DNA of 64,000 nucleotides from an uncultured Gemmatimonadaceae bacterium. GTDB taxonomy: Bacteria; Gemmatimonadota; Gemmatimonadetes; Gemmatimonadales; GWC2-71-9. This document shows positions 18,681 to 28,225 of the stretch, piece after piece. The stretch spans positions 910 through 64,909 of the forward strand of contig CAZYIV010000008.1 in assembly GCA_964647615.1 (NCBI GenBank). The letters run 5' to 3'. The stretch's first letter is position 1. Every line of letters starts with the position of its first letter. The translations under genes and the position numbers were made by a program. The notes below the pieces were generated by a model. The model ran no database searches. It saw only the letters and a list, made by a program, of their open reading frames with translations, and was not told the DNA's origin.

Positions 18681-19829
18681 TCAGGCGGGCGGGCGGCCCA
18701 CGACCCGCGCCCACCCCGCCGGGTCGGTGGCCCCCTCGGTGCTCAACAGCAGCACGCGGGCACCGGGCCGGACGCCGAGCCGCTCCCGCACGGCCGGCGC
18801 CGCCTCCACCAGCTCCAGCAACCCCGCCAGCCCCGCCGCCCCCGACTCTCCCGCCGTCACTCCCAGCGCCGCCAGTGCCCGCATCGCCTCCTCGGCCCGG
18901 CCGTCGTCCACCGCCACGTAGGCATCAATGCCATGGCGGAGGTCGGGCCACGCGGCGCTGGAGGGTGTGCCGCAGTTGAGTCCAGCCATGATGGAGGCGT
19001 GGGCCCCGACCTCGAGCATCACCGGCGCCCCCACCGCGATGGACCGGAGGGCGCAGGCGGCACCCGTCGGCTCCACCCCGGCCAGGCAGGGTGGCCGCTC
19101 CAGCCCGGGCCGCCGGTAGTGCCGCACCGCAGCGCTGGCCAGCGTCCCCACCCCGATCTGCACCAGCACCAGATCGGGTCCCGGCTCGGCCGTGGCCGCC
19201 AGCGCCTCGTCCACCTCGGCGAAGATGGTCTCGTAGCCCTCCGCCACCCACTCCGGGACCTGCTCGTAGCCCTCCCAGCCGTGATCCTGCAGCAGCAGCG
19301 TGCCCGGCGCCTCTGCCGCCCGGGCCGCCACGGTCACCGCCTCGTCGTAAGTGCCGTCCACTTCGATCACCTGCGCGCCCTCGCTTCGGATCCCCGCCAG
19401 CCGCGCCGCAGCTGACCCGCCCGGCAGGTACACCTCCGCCGGCCAGCCGAGCCAGTGGGCCATCCGCGCCACGCCGCGGCCGTGGTTGCCATCGGTGGCG
19501 GTCACCAGCCGGAGCGGCGGGTGCCCCGCCAGCCGGGCCCGCAGCTCGGCGAGGTCCCGCCACGCACCCAGCGGGCCGTACCGCTGCTCCAGCACCCGGC
19601 AGGTGGCCCACGCCGCCCCGAGGACCTTGTACGCCGGGAGCCCAAGGCGCTGCGATTCATCCTTGAGCCACACCCGACCGAGACCCAACCGAGCCGCGAG
19701 GGGCGCGAGCTCGCGCAGCGGCGTCGGCGCATAGCCCGGCAGGCGGCGATGCACGGAGCGGGGATCGGCAGGGGCTTGGGTGGTCCGGTACTCCGGCCGA
19801 TACCAGGGGTTGAGCAGGAGTTCAGGCAA
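18681..19829 (-). CDS. Diaminopropionate ammonia-lyase family PLP enzyme
   Basis: PGYAPTPL, KDESQRLGLPAYKVLG (PLP Lys), ATDGNHGRG, SIMAGLNCG and GESGAAGL. Confidence 0.85.
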   Translation of the reverse strand: MPELLLNPWYRPEYRTTQAPADPRSVHRRLPGYAPTPLRELAPLAARLGLGRVWLKDESQRLGLPAYKVLGAAWATCRVLEQRYGPLGAWRDLAELRARLAGHPPLRLVTATDGNHGRGVARMAHWLGWPAEVYLPGGSAAARLAGIRSEGAQVIEVDGTYDEAVTVAARAAEAPGTLLLQDHGWEGYEQVPEWVAEGYETIFAEVDEALAATAEPGPDLVLVQIGVGTLASAAVRHYRRPGLERPPCLAGVEPTGAACALRSIAVGAPVMLEVGAHASIMAGLNCGTPSSAAWPDLRHGIDAYVAVDDGRAEEAMRALAALGVTAGESGAAGLAGLLELVEAAPAVRERLGVRPGARVLLLSTEGATDPAGWARVVGRPPA

Positions 19830-20048
19830 GGGCTTTCCTCCGGCCGGCTAGATCCGAGACGCTGAACCGAGGGCACATCCCGGCGCACATCCTCCGCAGA
19901 ATACCGCAGTTACCCCCGCGGCTCGGCACCGGGCCAAAAGTCACAAATTCATGTTGTACAACGAGATACAATATGGGCCCGAGTGTTGCATTAATCTGGC
20001 ACGTCAAGCCAAAGCCCTCACGACTCGCGGCCTGCGGAGGCGAGTGCC

Positions 20049-22187
20049 ATGTATAGGATCCGGTCAGCTTCGGGCGCCGAAGCGGTCTACAACTCCCTGG
20101 AGGAGTTCCACGCGGCTGTGCGCCGCGGGGAAGTCCACCAGGAGGACGAGATCTTTCACACCCGGGCCAATCGCTGGCTGGATGTGAAGAGTCATCCGCA
20201 CTACCGGAGCGCGGTGGGCTGGAATGGTGGCGGAGAGCACCACCCCCTTCCGCCGGCCGCCCCGCCGGCCACGACCGTCCGTCCCGCCAGTGCAGCCCCG
20301 GCGCGGGCCGAGTCCTCGCACGCCGTGCCGCAGCAGACCGTGGTCCGCCCGCAGTTGGTGGCCGATCGTCCGGCTCCGCGCCCCGCAGCCCAGGCGCCCG
20401 CAGCGCCCCAGGCCGCCGCGCCGGCGCCGGCCCCGGCGGGGCCGCCGCGGAAGTCGCGCGAGCTGGTCTTCGTGGACCTGGGCGACCCGAAGCCGGCCGC
20501 CCCGCCCAAGCAGAATGTGACCATCATCGAGGCCCAGAAGCCAGCCGCGGTCACGGTGCAGAAGCCGGCCCCCCCGCAGCCGCTGGCCACGGGAAACACC
20601 GATCGGGGCACCGAGCTGGGGTTCCTGGTGATGGACGGCGGGATCGAGTCCCCGGTGCGGAACTCCGCCGGGCACCGCATCGTGCCCGAGGACCTGAACC
20701 TGCTGTTCGACGCGCCGATGCCGGCTGGTAAGGCGCCGGCGGGCGGCGTGGCCACCGCCGCGCCTCCGGCGCCGCCCGCACCGCCCAAGACCAGCAGCCC
20801 CGCTCGGCCCGCCACGCCGGCCCCGGAGCCGCCCCCGGCCCCGCGGACGCCTGCACCCGCGCCCGCGCCGGTGGCGAAGGTCTCCTCGCCCAGCGTCGAG
20901 CCCGTGAAGCCGGCGGCACCTGCGCCGGCCGTGACGGAGGCCCGGCCCGCGGCGGCGAAGGTCGCGCCCCCCGTGGCCCCGCCGGCCCCGGCGCCGATCC
21001 CGGCCGCTGTTCCTGAGCCGGTGCAGCCCGTCGCCGCGCAGGCAGCACCTGCACCTGCACCTGCACCCGTGGCTCCCGCCCCCGCACCCGCACCGGTCGC
21101 CGCGGTGATCCCGCCGGCACCGGTGGTGGAAGACCTCGATATCCCGGGCGAGGAACTCGTGGCCGCCCACGCCGCGCCGATCGAGGCGCCGGCACTGGAA
21201 GCCGCCCTGCCGGCCCGGCCCTCCGCACCCCGCAGCGCGCGGAAGGGGATGCTGGTCGGCGCGGGCGCCTTCATCATCGTGATGGGCGTGGCGGTCGCGG
21301 CCTGGAAGCCGTGGCTGCGCCGCGCGCCGACGCCGGCGCTCGCCGCACAGCCCGCCGCCGAGTCCGCCGCCCCCGCGCCGGTCAGCGGCGGCCCCGCGCC
21401 GAGCGAGTCCACGCCGCCGGTGACCCGGGGCGGCGCCGCGACGCCGGCCCCCGGTGGCAGCACCCGCCCGACCGAGACCGCCGCCGCGCGCGAGGATTCG
21501 GTGAAGCCTCCGCGGGACGAGATCATCGCCGCGGCCAGGCCGACTTTCCAGGGCGGGGTGGACGTCAACGCCGCGAGCCTGTCCATCGGCGCCGACATTC
21601 CCGGCGTGCCCTCGACCTCGCCGGCCCCGACGGAACTGATCCGCCGGCTGGAGCAGGCGGAGCGGCAGGCGCAACGGGACCTCACCGCGCGCCTGGGCAG
21701 CTTCCGGGCGGTGCTGAGCCCCGAGCTGATCAGCAATTCGGATGGCGCCGGCCGGGCCCGCAGTGCGTGGTCCGGCGGGGCCGAGGCGATCCGGCAGTAC
21801 CGGGCCCGCATCGCCCGGCTGGAGCAGGCCTACCAGGACAGCGTCCTCGCCTCGCAGCGGGCGGAGCGCTGGCCGACGGAGGAGCTCCGCGCCTGGAGCG
21901 CCCGCACCTCGGCCGTGGAGCCGGCGGAGACCACCCAGCTCGCCGACTTGATGATCGCCCAGGTGAACGAGGGCCTGGACCTGCTCGCCGGCCTGGGGGG
22001 CGGCTACAGCATCAAGGGCGCACGGATCAGCTTCAGCAATGCGGGCTCCGCGCCGCGTTACCTGAGCATCCGCAGCTGGGTGGACCAGCGCATGAGCGCC
22101 TGGCGTGCGACGCCCGAGAGCGCGCGGCCGCTCACGCTCTCGCTGCTGCTCACCGCGCTCGGCGACGGGTTCCCCGCGGTGCAGTAG
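20049..22187 (+). CDS. Bitopic membrane protein: GYF-like N-terminal domain, long Pro/Ala linker, TM helix, helical C-terminal domain
   Basis: N-terminal 52 aa ...EEF..AV.RGEV...DEIFH....WL....HP.Y, AP-rich low complexity and TM segment GMLVGAGAFIIVMGVAVAAW. Confidence 0.75.
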   Translation: MYRIRSASGAEAVYNSLEEFHAAVRRGEVHQEDEIFHTRANRWLDVKSHPHYRSAVGWNGGGEHHPLPPAAPPATTVRPASAAPARAESSHAVPQQTVVRPQLVADRPAPRPAAQAPAAPQAAAPAPAPAGPPRKSRELVFVDLGDPKPAAPPKQNVTIIEAQKPAAVTVQKPAPPQPLATGNTDRGTELGFLVMDGGIESPVRNSAGHRIVPEDLNLLFDAPMPAGKAPAGGVATAAPPAPPAPPKTSSPARPATPAPEPPPAPRTPAPAPAPVAKVSSPSVEPVKPAAPAPAVTEARPAAAKVAPPVAPPAPAPIPAAVPEPVQPVAAQAAPAPAPAPVAPAPAPAPVAAVIPPAPVVEDLDIPGEELVAAHAAPIEAPALEAALPARPSAPRSARKGMLVGAGAFIIVMGVAVAAWKPWLRRAPTPALAAQPAAESAAPAPVSGGPAPSESTPPVTRGGAATPAPGGSTRPTETAAAREDSVKPPRDEIIAAARPTFQGGVDVNAASLSIGADIPGVPSTSPAPTELIRRLEQAERQAQRDLTARLGSFRAVLSPELISNSDGAGRARSAWSGGAEAIRQYRARIARLEQAYQDSVLASQRAERWPTEELRAWSARTSAVEPAETTQLADLMIAQVNEGLDLLAGLGGGYSIKGARISFSNAGSAPRYLSIRSWVDQRMSAWRATPESARPLTLSLLLTALGDGFPAVQ

Positions 22188-22194
22188 CGCCGCC

Positions 22195-22232
22195 TTATCC
22201 ACACGTTTCCACAGCGCTCCACAGAGTCCACA
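22195..22232 (+). repeat. Four phased TCCACA units, the first a perfect DnaA box (TTATCCACA)
   Basis: TTATCCACA at 22195, GTTTCCACA at 22205, CGCTCCACA at 22215 and GAGTCCACA at 22224. Spacing is 10, 10 and 9 bp. Confidence 0.6.
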
Positions 22233-22238
22233 ATTCCG

Positions 22239-22280
22239 CTCCGTCAAGCCGCGCCTCCGCGGCTTGACGGAGTTTCCTTT
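22239..22280 (+). terminator. Perfect 15-bp inverted repeat followed by TTTCCTTT
   Basis: CTCCGTCAAGCCGCG-CCTC-CGCGGCTTGACGGAG then a T-rich tail. It also carries TTGACG (-35-like) on both strands. Confidence 0.6.
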
Positions 22281-22341
22281 GCGCGACAAGTTGGGCCCTC
22301 GCTTCGCCGCTGGCCTTCCTCACCGCTCTACCTCGCGAGAC

Positions 22342-22809
22342 ATGCCCGAGTCGCTCGAAGACCTCATCGCCGCCTTCCGCTGCACGTTCTTCCCGGTGCA
22401 GGTGCTCGTCGTGGACGACGACGTCACCAGCCGGGCGGCGATGCGCCGGGTGCTGGAGCGCGCGGGGTTCACCGTCATCGTGGCCGAGGACGGCGAGGAC
22501 GCGCTGCGATTGCTGGAGCGGACCCACGTGCCGGTGGACCTGCTGCTCACCGACGTGACCATGCCCGGCATGAACGGGGACCAGCTCGCGGCTCGCGTCC
22601 GCGAGCGCTGGAGCGAGCTCCCGGTGCTCTTCGTCTCGGGCGAGCCGGCCAACAGCCGACTGGCCACCGCCCTGCCGGGCCGCACCGCCTTCCTCGGCAA
22701 GCCCTTCCTCCCCACGGAGCTGCTCTCGGTGGTGCAGGCGGTGCTCGATCTGCCGCCGTTCGACGCCGAGCAGCTGCTGCCGCACCGGGCGCTGGGCCTG
22801 ACGGTCTAG
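22342..22809 (+). CDS. Stand-alone CheY-like response regulator
   Basis: VLVVDDD, DLLLTDVTMPGMNG, LFVSG and FLGKPF. Confidence 0.9.
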   Translation: MPESLEDLIAAFRCTFFPVQVLVVDDDVTSRAAMRRVLERAGFTVIVAEDGEDALRLLERTHVPVDLLLTDVTMPGMNGDQLAARVRERWSELPVLFVSGEPANSRLATALPGRTAFLGKPFLPTELLSVVQAVLDLPPFDAEQLLPHRALGLTV

Positions 22810-22832
22810 GCCGCCCCGTCGACCCGGATGCG

Positions 22833-22864
22833 ACGAGGGGCACCCCGGACGGGGTGCCCCTCGT
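22833..22864. terminator. 14-bp perfect hairpin between convergent genes
   Basis: ACGAGGGGCACCCC-GGAC-GGGGTGCCCCTCGT. Confidence 0.7.
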
Positions 22865-22885
22865 GCGTTGCGGGAGCGGCGTGGC

Positions 22886-25264
22886 TCAGGGCTTCACGAA
22901 CAGCGTGGCCCAGTCGCGGTCCGCCATCACCACCAGCTTGAGGTGCAGCTGCCCCTGGGCCGCGTCATAGAAGAACTTGTCGCCGGTGGAGGCGGTGAAC
23001 TCCGCCAGGGAGGCGGCGGGGCCCATCGGGTTGCCGGCCCAGTAGTCGCGGACGATCTGGCTGGGACTGGCGGCATAGGGAAGCGTGAGCGTCACCTGGT
23101 CGCCCGGCTGGGCGCTGTTCAGGTAGAAGCGCGGCTGGGTCGGGGTCGCGGCGGTCCAGGTCACCCCGTAGGCGCGCCCGGGCAGGACGGTGAGGGCGGC
23201 GTGGCTGGTGTTGTTGCCGGTGCCGGCCAGGTCCAGCGCCACCTGGTCGTCCCGGGTCATGGTGAGCGGGGCGATGGCCTCGCCCGCCCCGCTGTTCACC
23301 GCGAGGGTGGCGAAGCGGGTGGTGCAGACGTGCGCGTTCCATGCCGCCTGGTAGCTGCACCCCGGCGTCACGAGGATCGGGGTGTTGGCGACCACCCAGC
23401 GGCCGGCGTGGCCGGTGACCGTCCCGTTCTCGTCGAGGAACACCGCCGACTTGTCGCCGTCCTTGTCGGTGTGGGCGTCCTCGAGGTACACCGGGGTCGC
23501 ATTCACGAAGGTGAGGCGTCCGGCGTAGTTCAGCGGGTCGATGGGGAAGGCGTTGGTGCGGTTGTATCCCAGGGCGCTGGCCGGCACCGTGGTGGTGGCG
23601 GTGTAGTTGATGAAGGTCACCCCGTCGGCCCACACCTTCCCGTCGTAGAACTCGAACCCGCGCAGCACCGTCCCCGAGGGGAGCGCGCTGATCGCCCCGG
23701 TCTGGCCGATCAGGGTGCTGTTGAGGATCGAGGTCTCGTCGGCGGCGAAGGTCGCCCCGATGGCGTTGTCGGCCAGCAGGGCGTGCGACAGCACCAGGCT
23801 GCGCCCCCGGAGCCACACCGCGCGGCCATAGTGCTTGTAGGCGGTAAAGCGGGTGAAGTCCGCCGGGACCGGCGCCGAGTTGTTGTCGGCCGGGTCGGCA
23901 CGGGGGGTGTAGTTGGTCACTTCCGTCGTGCCGTCGGGCGTCGGCCCGTTGTCCACGAACAGCCCGCCGTTGTGGTTGGAATGCGCCACGTTGCCCGAGA
24001 ACTCGCGCAGCGGGGTGCTGCGCGGCAGGTCGGGCTGGCCGGTGGACAGTCCGGTCGGAGCCGCGGGGAACGCGCACCAGAACCCGAACCCGGCGGAGCC
24101 GGCCGCGACGTTGTCGCGGATGGTGTTGTCCGGGTTGGTGATCCAGAAGGTGGCGGGGGTGCCGTCGGAGGCGAGCAACCGGTCGCTGCCCTGCGGCACC
24201 CGGCTGGTGAGGCCCAGGTTGTCCTGCACCAGGTTGCCGGTCTCGCCGCCATCCTCCATGAAGTAGCCGTGCCCGGTGTGGTCGTAGCAGACGTTGTCCC
24301 GCACCACGCTGTTGTCGGTGCCGTGGATCGTCACGCAGCGGTTGAACGTCCGCCAGACGCTGTTGTTGCGGAAATACTGGCCGGTGACGTCGCCCGCCAT
24401 GTGCCAGTGCATCGGGTAGCGCGCCAGCTGGCCCCGCTGCCCCATCTGGAACAGTTCCACCCCCTCGATGTGCGCCGTGGCGCCCGCGAGGATGATGATG
24501 TGCCCGCCGTACCCCGGGGTGGTGCCGGTGTCGCCCTGGATGGTGATGTTGCGGGTGAGCAGCGCCACCTCCGCCCGCTCGTCCACGTCCACCCCGCCGG
24601 CGTGGGCCACCTCCCCGAAGTGCTCCCGCTTGAGCCCCGCCTCGAGGGTGAGGGTGCGCCCGCTCACCCCGGTGACCACCGCCTCCTCCGACCGCGACTG
24701 GTTGTAGTCGCTGGAGGCGAGCACGATCCGGTCGCCCACCCGCCAGCCCGGGTTCCGGGCCAGCGTGATGCTGGTGGCACCCTGCGGCGCGGTGCCGTCG
24801 AGGTGGGTCCAGCCCGCCCGCGACTGGCCATGCAGTTCCAGCGTACCACTCACCCCGAGGAGCTTGTTACCGATCCCCGCCACGTCCGGATTCCCGGCCG
24901 TTCCCGTCAGGGTAATGAGCGCCCGGCGGGTGTAGGGGTGGTTCTCAGTCCCCGCCTGCAGGGTGCCCTCGACCAGAATCCAGCCGGTGGTGAGGGTGAT
25001 GTCATTGTCGCCGAAGACCAGGCTGCCCTGGACCGTGAGGCTCTGCAGTGCCGGCGGGCTCAGGTCGAGCCGGACGCTGGTCCCGGCCGGGATCACGACC
25101 GAATCGCCCGGCGCGGGCACCTGCCCACCGGGCCAGGTGGCGGGATCGGACCACGGGCGGGCATTGGACGGGCCGCCGCCGCTGGCGGGGCCGGTGGTTT
25201 CGGCGGTACAGCCCAGCAGGCCGAGCGCGAAGGCGATGGCCAGGCGACCGGGGGCGTGTCGCAT
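22886..25264 (-). CDS. G8-domain / right-handed beta-helix lipoprotein, TMEM2/CEMIP-like
   Basis: Lipobox LLGC, G8 hallmarks (WSDPATWPGG.VP..GDSVVIPAG, LQAGTE..PY...ALITL), DERAEVALLTRNI, RYPMHWH, NRCVTIHGT and GHGYFMEDG.E. Confidence 0.85.
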   Translation of the reverse strand: MRHAPGRLAIAFALGLLGCTAETTGPASGGGPSNARPWSDPATWPGGQVPAPGDSVVIPAGTSVRLDLSPPALQSLTVQGSLVFGDNDITLTTGWILVEGTLQAGTENHPYTRRALITLTGTAGNPDVAGIGNKLLGVSGTLELHGQSRAGWTHLDGTAPQGATSITLARNPGWRVGDRIVLASSDYNQSRSEEAVVTGVSGRTLTLEAGLKREHFGEVAHAGGVDVDERAEVALLTRNITIQGDTGTTPGYGGHIIILAGATAHIEGVELFQMGQRGQLARYPMHWHMAGDVTGQYFRNNSVWRTFNRCVTIHGTDNSVVRDNVCYDHTGHGYFMEDGGETGNLVQDNLGLTSRVPQGSDRLLASDGTPATFWITNPDNTIRDNVAAGSAGFGFWCAFPAAPTGLSTGQPDLPRSTPLREFSGNVAHSNHNGGLFVDNGPTPDGTTEVTNYTPRADPADNNSAPVPADFTRFTAYKHYGRAVWLRGRSLVLSHALLADNAIGATFAADETSILNSTLIGQTGAISALPSGTVLRGFEFYDGKVWADGVTFINYTATTTVPASALGYNRTNAFPIDPLNYAGRLTFVNATPVYLEDAHTDKDGDKSAVFLDENGTVTGHAGRWVVANTPILVTPGCSYQAAWNAHVCTTRFATLAVNSGAGEAIAPLTMTRDDQVALDLAGTGNNTSHAALTVLPGRAYGVTWTAATPTQPRFYLNSAQPGDQVTLTLPYAASPSQIVRDYWAGNPMGPAASLAEFTASTGDKFFYDAAQGQLHLKLVVMADRDWATLFVKP

Positions 25265-25384
25265 GGAGGGGTGCCTCTGGATCGAGTGAGGAACGGGAAT
25301 GCCGGAGTCGAGCCCAATGTTCCGGACCGGAGCGCGCCACACAATTGCGAGAATCTGGACGGTGTGCGATCCCTCGACGCTTCC

Positions 25385-25393
25385 TGATACAAT
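25385..25393 (+). promoter_or_regulatory. Candidate extended -10 (TG-A-TACAAT)
   Basis: TGATACAAT upstream of the pseudokinase-AlaX pair. Confidence 0.45.
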
Positions 25394-25551
25394 GCGGTAC
25401 GGGCCCCGGGGCCGGGGTGACGCCGGTCACCGGGCGGCGCCGGAACGTCCCCCGGCCCCTGGGCGATGGCCCGCCGGTTGCCCCTTCTCCCGCAGAGCCC
25501 GGAATGCGCCGGTACCCTCCCGCGCATCCCGCGTCGCTCACGGGAGAATGC

Positions 25552-26406
25552 ATGGTGTCGCAGACGTTCCACAGCCAGCCGGTCGCGTTTGCCACGGGGA
25601 CGCTGCTCTCCGGCCGGTATCGCCTGTTGCGCGAAATCGGGCGTGGCCCGGCCGCCACGGTCTACCTGGCCCTCGATACCCGGCAGGGGATCGAGGTGGC
25701 GCTCCGGGTGGTGCGGCTGGGGGCGCAGGACCAGGCCCGCCTGCGGCGGGAGGTCTTTGCCGCCTGGGACATCGAGCACGACCACGTGGTGCGGGTGCAG
25801 GGGTGCTTCGAGGAGGGCGAGTTCAGCTGCCTGGTGCTGGACTTCATCCCCGGCCCCGACCTGGGCCGCCGGGTGGCGGAGACGGGCCCGCTCTCCCCCG
25901 ACGAGGCGGCGGCGGTGGGCCGGGGGATCGGGCTCGCGCTCCGGGCGGCGCATCGCCGCGGGATCCTGCACCGCCAGGTCACGCCGGGCAACATCCTGAT
26001 CGCCCCGGAGACCCGCGCCCTGCTGGCCGACTTCGGCGCCGCCGGCCTCGGGGCTCGGCGCGCGAGCAGCCGGGACTTCGCGGCGCCCGAGGTCCTGTCC
26101 GGCCAGCCGGCCGACGCCCGTTCCGACGTCTACAGCCTGGGGCTCTGCCTCTACTTCGCCCTGACCGGCCGGCTGCCCGCACGGCAGCTGCCCGACCGCC
26201 CGCCGCTCCCCGCCGCCGACGGCCACCGTCCGGCGCGGCTGGTGCCTGGGCTGCCCGACTGGCTGGACGAGGCCGTAGCCGCCGCGACGGCGGCCCTCCC
26301 CGCCGACCGCTACCCCTCCGCGGGGCGCTTCGCCGAGGTGCTGACGCCGGTCCGTGGCTCCGGACCTTTCAGGATCGACCCGGCGCCGGTTATCGTCCGG
26401 TCGTGA
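25552..26406 (+). CDS. Ser/Thr kinase-fold protein with degenerate catalytic motifs (pseudokinase)
   Basis: Kinase fold motifs (GRY, DFG, APE, DVYSLG) are present, but VAIK is VALR and HRDxKPxN is HRQVTPGN, checked in the DNA. GGGAG RBS before the ATG at 25552. Confidence 0.8.
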   Translation: MVSQTFHSQPVAFATGTLLSGRYRLLREIGRGPAATVYLALDTRQGIEVALRVVRLGAQDQARLRREVFAAWDIEHDHVVRVQGCFEEGEFSCLVLDFIPGPDLGRRVAETGPLSPDEAAAVGRGIGLALRAAHRRGILHRQVTPGNILIAPETRALLADFGAAGLGARRASSRDFAAPEVLSGQPADARSDVYSLGLCLYFALTGRLPARQLPDRPPLPAADGHRPARLVPGLPDWLDEAVAAATAALPADRYPSAGRFAEVLTPVRGSGPFRIDPAPVIVRS

Positions 26407-27569
26407 CGACCGAACGCCTCTACTACTCCGACAGCTACCGCCTGAAGTTCAGCAGCCCCGTCGTCCGCACCGCGGACGAGGGGCGCGCCGTGGTGCTGGC
26501 CCGGACCGCCTTCTACCCCACCTCGGGCGGCCAGCCGCACGACACCGGGACGCTCGGCGGGATCCCCGTGCTGGACGTGACCGACGAGGGCGACGAGGTG
26601 GTGCACCACCTCGCCGCCCCGCTCCGCGGCACCGAGGCCGAGGGCGAGGTGGACTGGGGCCGCCGCTTCGACCACATGCAGCAGCACACCGCGCAGCACC
26701 TGCTGTCGGCGGTGCTCGAGGATCTCTTCGGCTTTCACACCGTGAGCGTGCACTTCGGGGCCGCCAGCTCCACCCTCGACCTGGACACCGGGGAGGTCAC
26801 GCCGGAACAGGTGCGGGAGGCGGAGGCGCGCGCCAACCGGACCGTCACCGAGAACCGTCCGGTGACCGTGGGCTTCGAGGACGCGGCCACGGCGGAGGGG
26901 CTCCGCAAGGCCAGCGCCCGCGCGGGCGAGCTCCGCATCGTGACCATCGCGGCGCTCGACCGCAGCGCCTGCGGCGGGACCCACGTCCGCGCCACCGGTG
27001 AGATCGGGTCCCTCCTGCTCCGCGGGGTGGAGCGGGTGAAGAAGCAGGTGCGGATCGAGTTCCTGGCCGGCGGGCGGGCGGTGGGGCGGGCGCGGGCGGA
27101 CTATGACCTCCTCGCCGGGCTGGCGGCGCAGTACACCGCGGGGCTCGAGGAGCTGCCGCGGGTCCTGGAGAAGCAGCGGGCGGAGCTGGGCAGCGCGCTG
27201 GCCGACCGGCGGGCGGTGGAGGAGGAGGTGCACGCGTATCGCGCCCGGGAGCTCTACGGCGCGGCGGTGCCCGATGCCCGCGGCCGGCGGCTCATCGTGC
27301 TCTCGGGCCCCAGCCGCTCCTCCGAGCGGCTGCGCGGGCTGGCCCAGGCGCTGATCGCGATGCCCGGCGCGGTGGTGATCGGGACGCTCTCCGACCCGCC
27401 GACGGTGCTCTTCGCCGCCGCCCCCGACACCGGGGTGGATGCCGGCGCCCGGCTCAAGCCGCTGCTCGCCGGGGTGGGGGGACGCGGCGGGGGCAGTGCC
27501 CGGCTTGCCCAGGGCACTGCCCCCTCGGCCGACCTGCTGGCGCAGGTCGTCGCGGCGCTGTCCGCCTAG
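26403..27569 (+). CDS. alaX: Alanyl-tRNA editing protein (AlaX-like) with DHHA1 domain
   Basis: TAFYPTSGGQPHDTG, HMQQHTAQH, CGGTH and GGRGGG...AQG. The GTG overlaps the pseudokinase stop. Confidence 0.9.
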   Translation: MTTERLYYSDSYRLKFSSPVVRTADEGRAVVLARTAFYPTSGGQPHDTGTLGGIPVLDVTDEGDEVVHHLAAPLRGTEAEGEVDWGRRFDHMQQHTAQHLLSAVLEDLFGFHTVSVHFGAASSTLDLDTGEVTPEQVREAEARANRTVTENRPVTVGFEDAATAEGLRKASARAGELRIVTIAALDRSACGGTHVRATGEIGSLLLRGVERVKKQVRIEFLAGGRAVGRARADYDLLAGLAAQYTAGLEELPRVLEKQRAELGSALADRRAVEEEVHAYRARELYGAAVPDARGRRLIVLSGPSRSSERLRGLAQALIAMPGAVVIGTLSDPPTVLFAAAPDTGVDAGARLKPLLAGVGGRGGGSARLAQGTAPSADLLAQVVAALSA

Positions 27570-28225
27570 TTCCGGACCGCCTCCACCGAGACCTCCAGCT
27601 CCACGTCGTCACCCAGCAGGTTGCCGTTGTCCAGCGCCTGGTTCCAGGTGATGCCGAAGTCCCGCCGGTTGATGATCGCGGTGCCGTCGAAGGCGATCCG
27701 CTCCTTCCCGTTCATGTCCGCGCCGATCCCCAGGTACTCCCCCTTGAACACCACCGGGTGGGTGTTGCCCTTGATGGTGAGCAGCCCGCTCATCTCGAAG
27801 CGATTGTTCTCGGCCACGATCCCGGTGCTCTCGAAGGTGATCTCCGGGAAGCTGTCCGCCGAGAAGAACCGGGGGGAGCGCAGGTCGGCGTCGCGCCCGG
27901 AGTTGTTGGTGGTGATGCTGCCGCTCTTGATCTGGATGTTGACGGTCCCCCGGGCCCAGTCCTCGCCCCGGGTCACGATGGTCCCCCGCCACTCGGTGAA
28001 CTGGCCCCGCACCCGGCCCAGCAGGTGGCGGATCCGGAACCCGACCTCGGAGTGGGTGGGATCCACCCGCCAGGCGGTGCCCACCGGCTCGCGGGTGAAG
28101 GTGCGCCCCTGGGTCTTCCCAGCGGCGTTGGCCCGCATCTGGTCCGGCGACTGGGCCAGGACCGCAGCGGGGAGGGCAACGGCCAGGGCGGCCACCAGCA
28201 GGAAGCGGGAACGGGCGCGCATCAT
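27566..28225 (-). CDS. yceI: YceI family periplasmic lipid/quinone-binding protein
   Basis: Signal peptide, WRVDPTHSEVGF, RDADLRS..FF....FPEITF, G.LTIKG.T and INRRDFGI. Confidence 0.92.
   Translation of the reverse strand: MMRARSRFLLVAALAVALPAAVLAQSPDQMRANAAGKTQGRTFTREPVGTAWRVDPTHSEVGFRIRHLLGRVRGQFTEWRGTIVTRGEDWARGTVNIQIKSGSITTNNSGRDADLRSPRFFSADSFPEITFESTGIVAENNRFEMSGLLTIKGNTHPVVFKGEYLGIGADMNGKERIAFDGTAIINRRDFGITWNQALDNGNLLGDDVELEVSVEAVRN

Noticed and set aside
19990-20015. Sigma-54 promoter (CTGGCACG)
   Set aside because: The GG-to-GC spacing is 8 nt rather than the required 10.
21040-21100. GCACCT hexamer repeats as a phase-variable tract
   Set aside because: They are in-frame Ala-Pro codons in a low-complexity linker, so length changes would not shift the frame.
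22195-22280. oriC
   Set aside because: Only one perfect DnaA box, no AT-rich unwinding element, and no dnaA/dnaN/gidA/parAB context.
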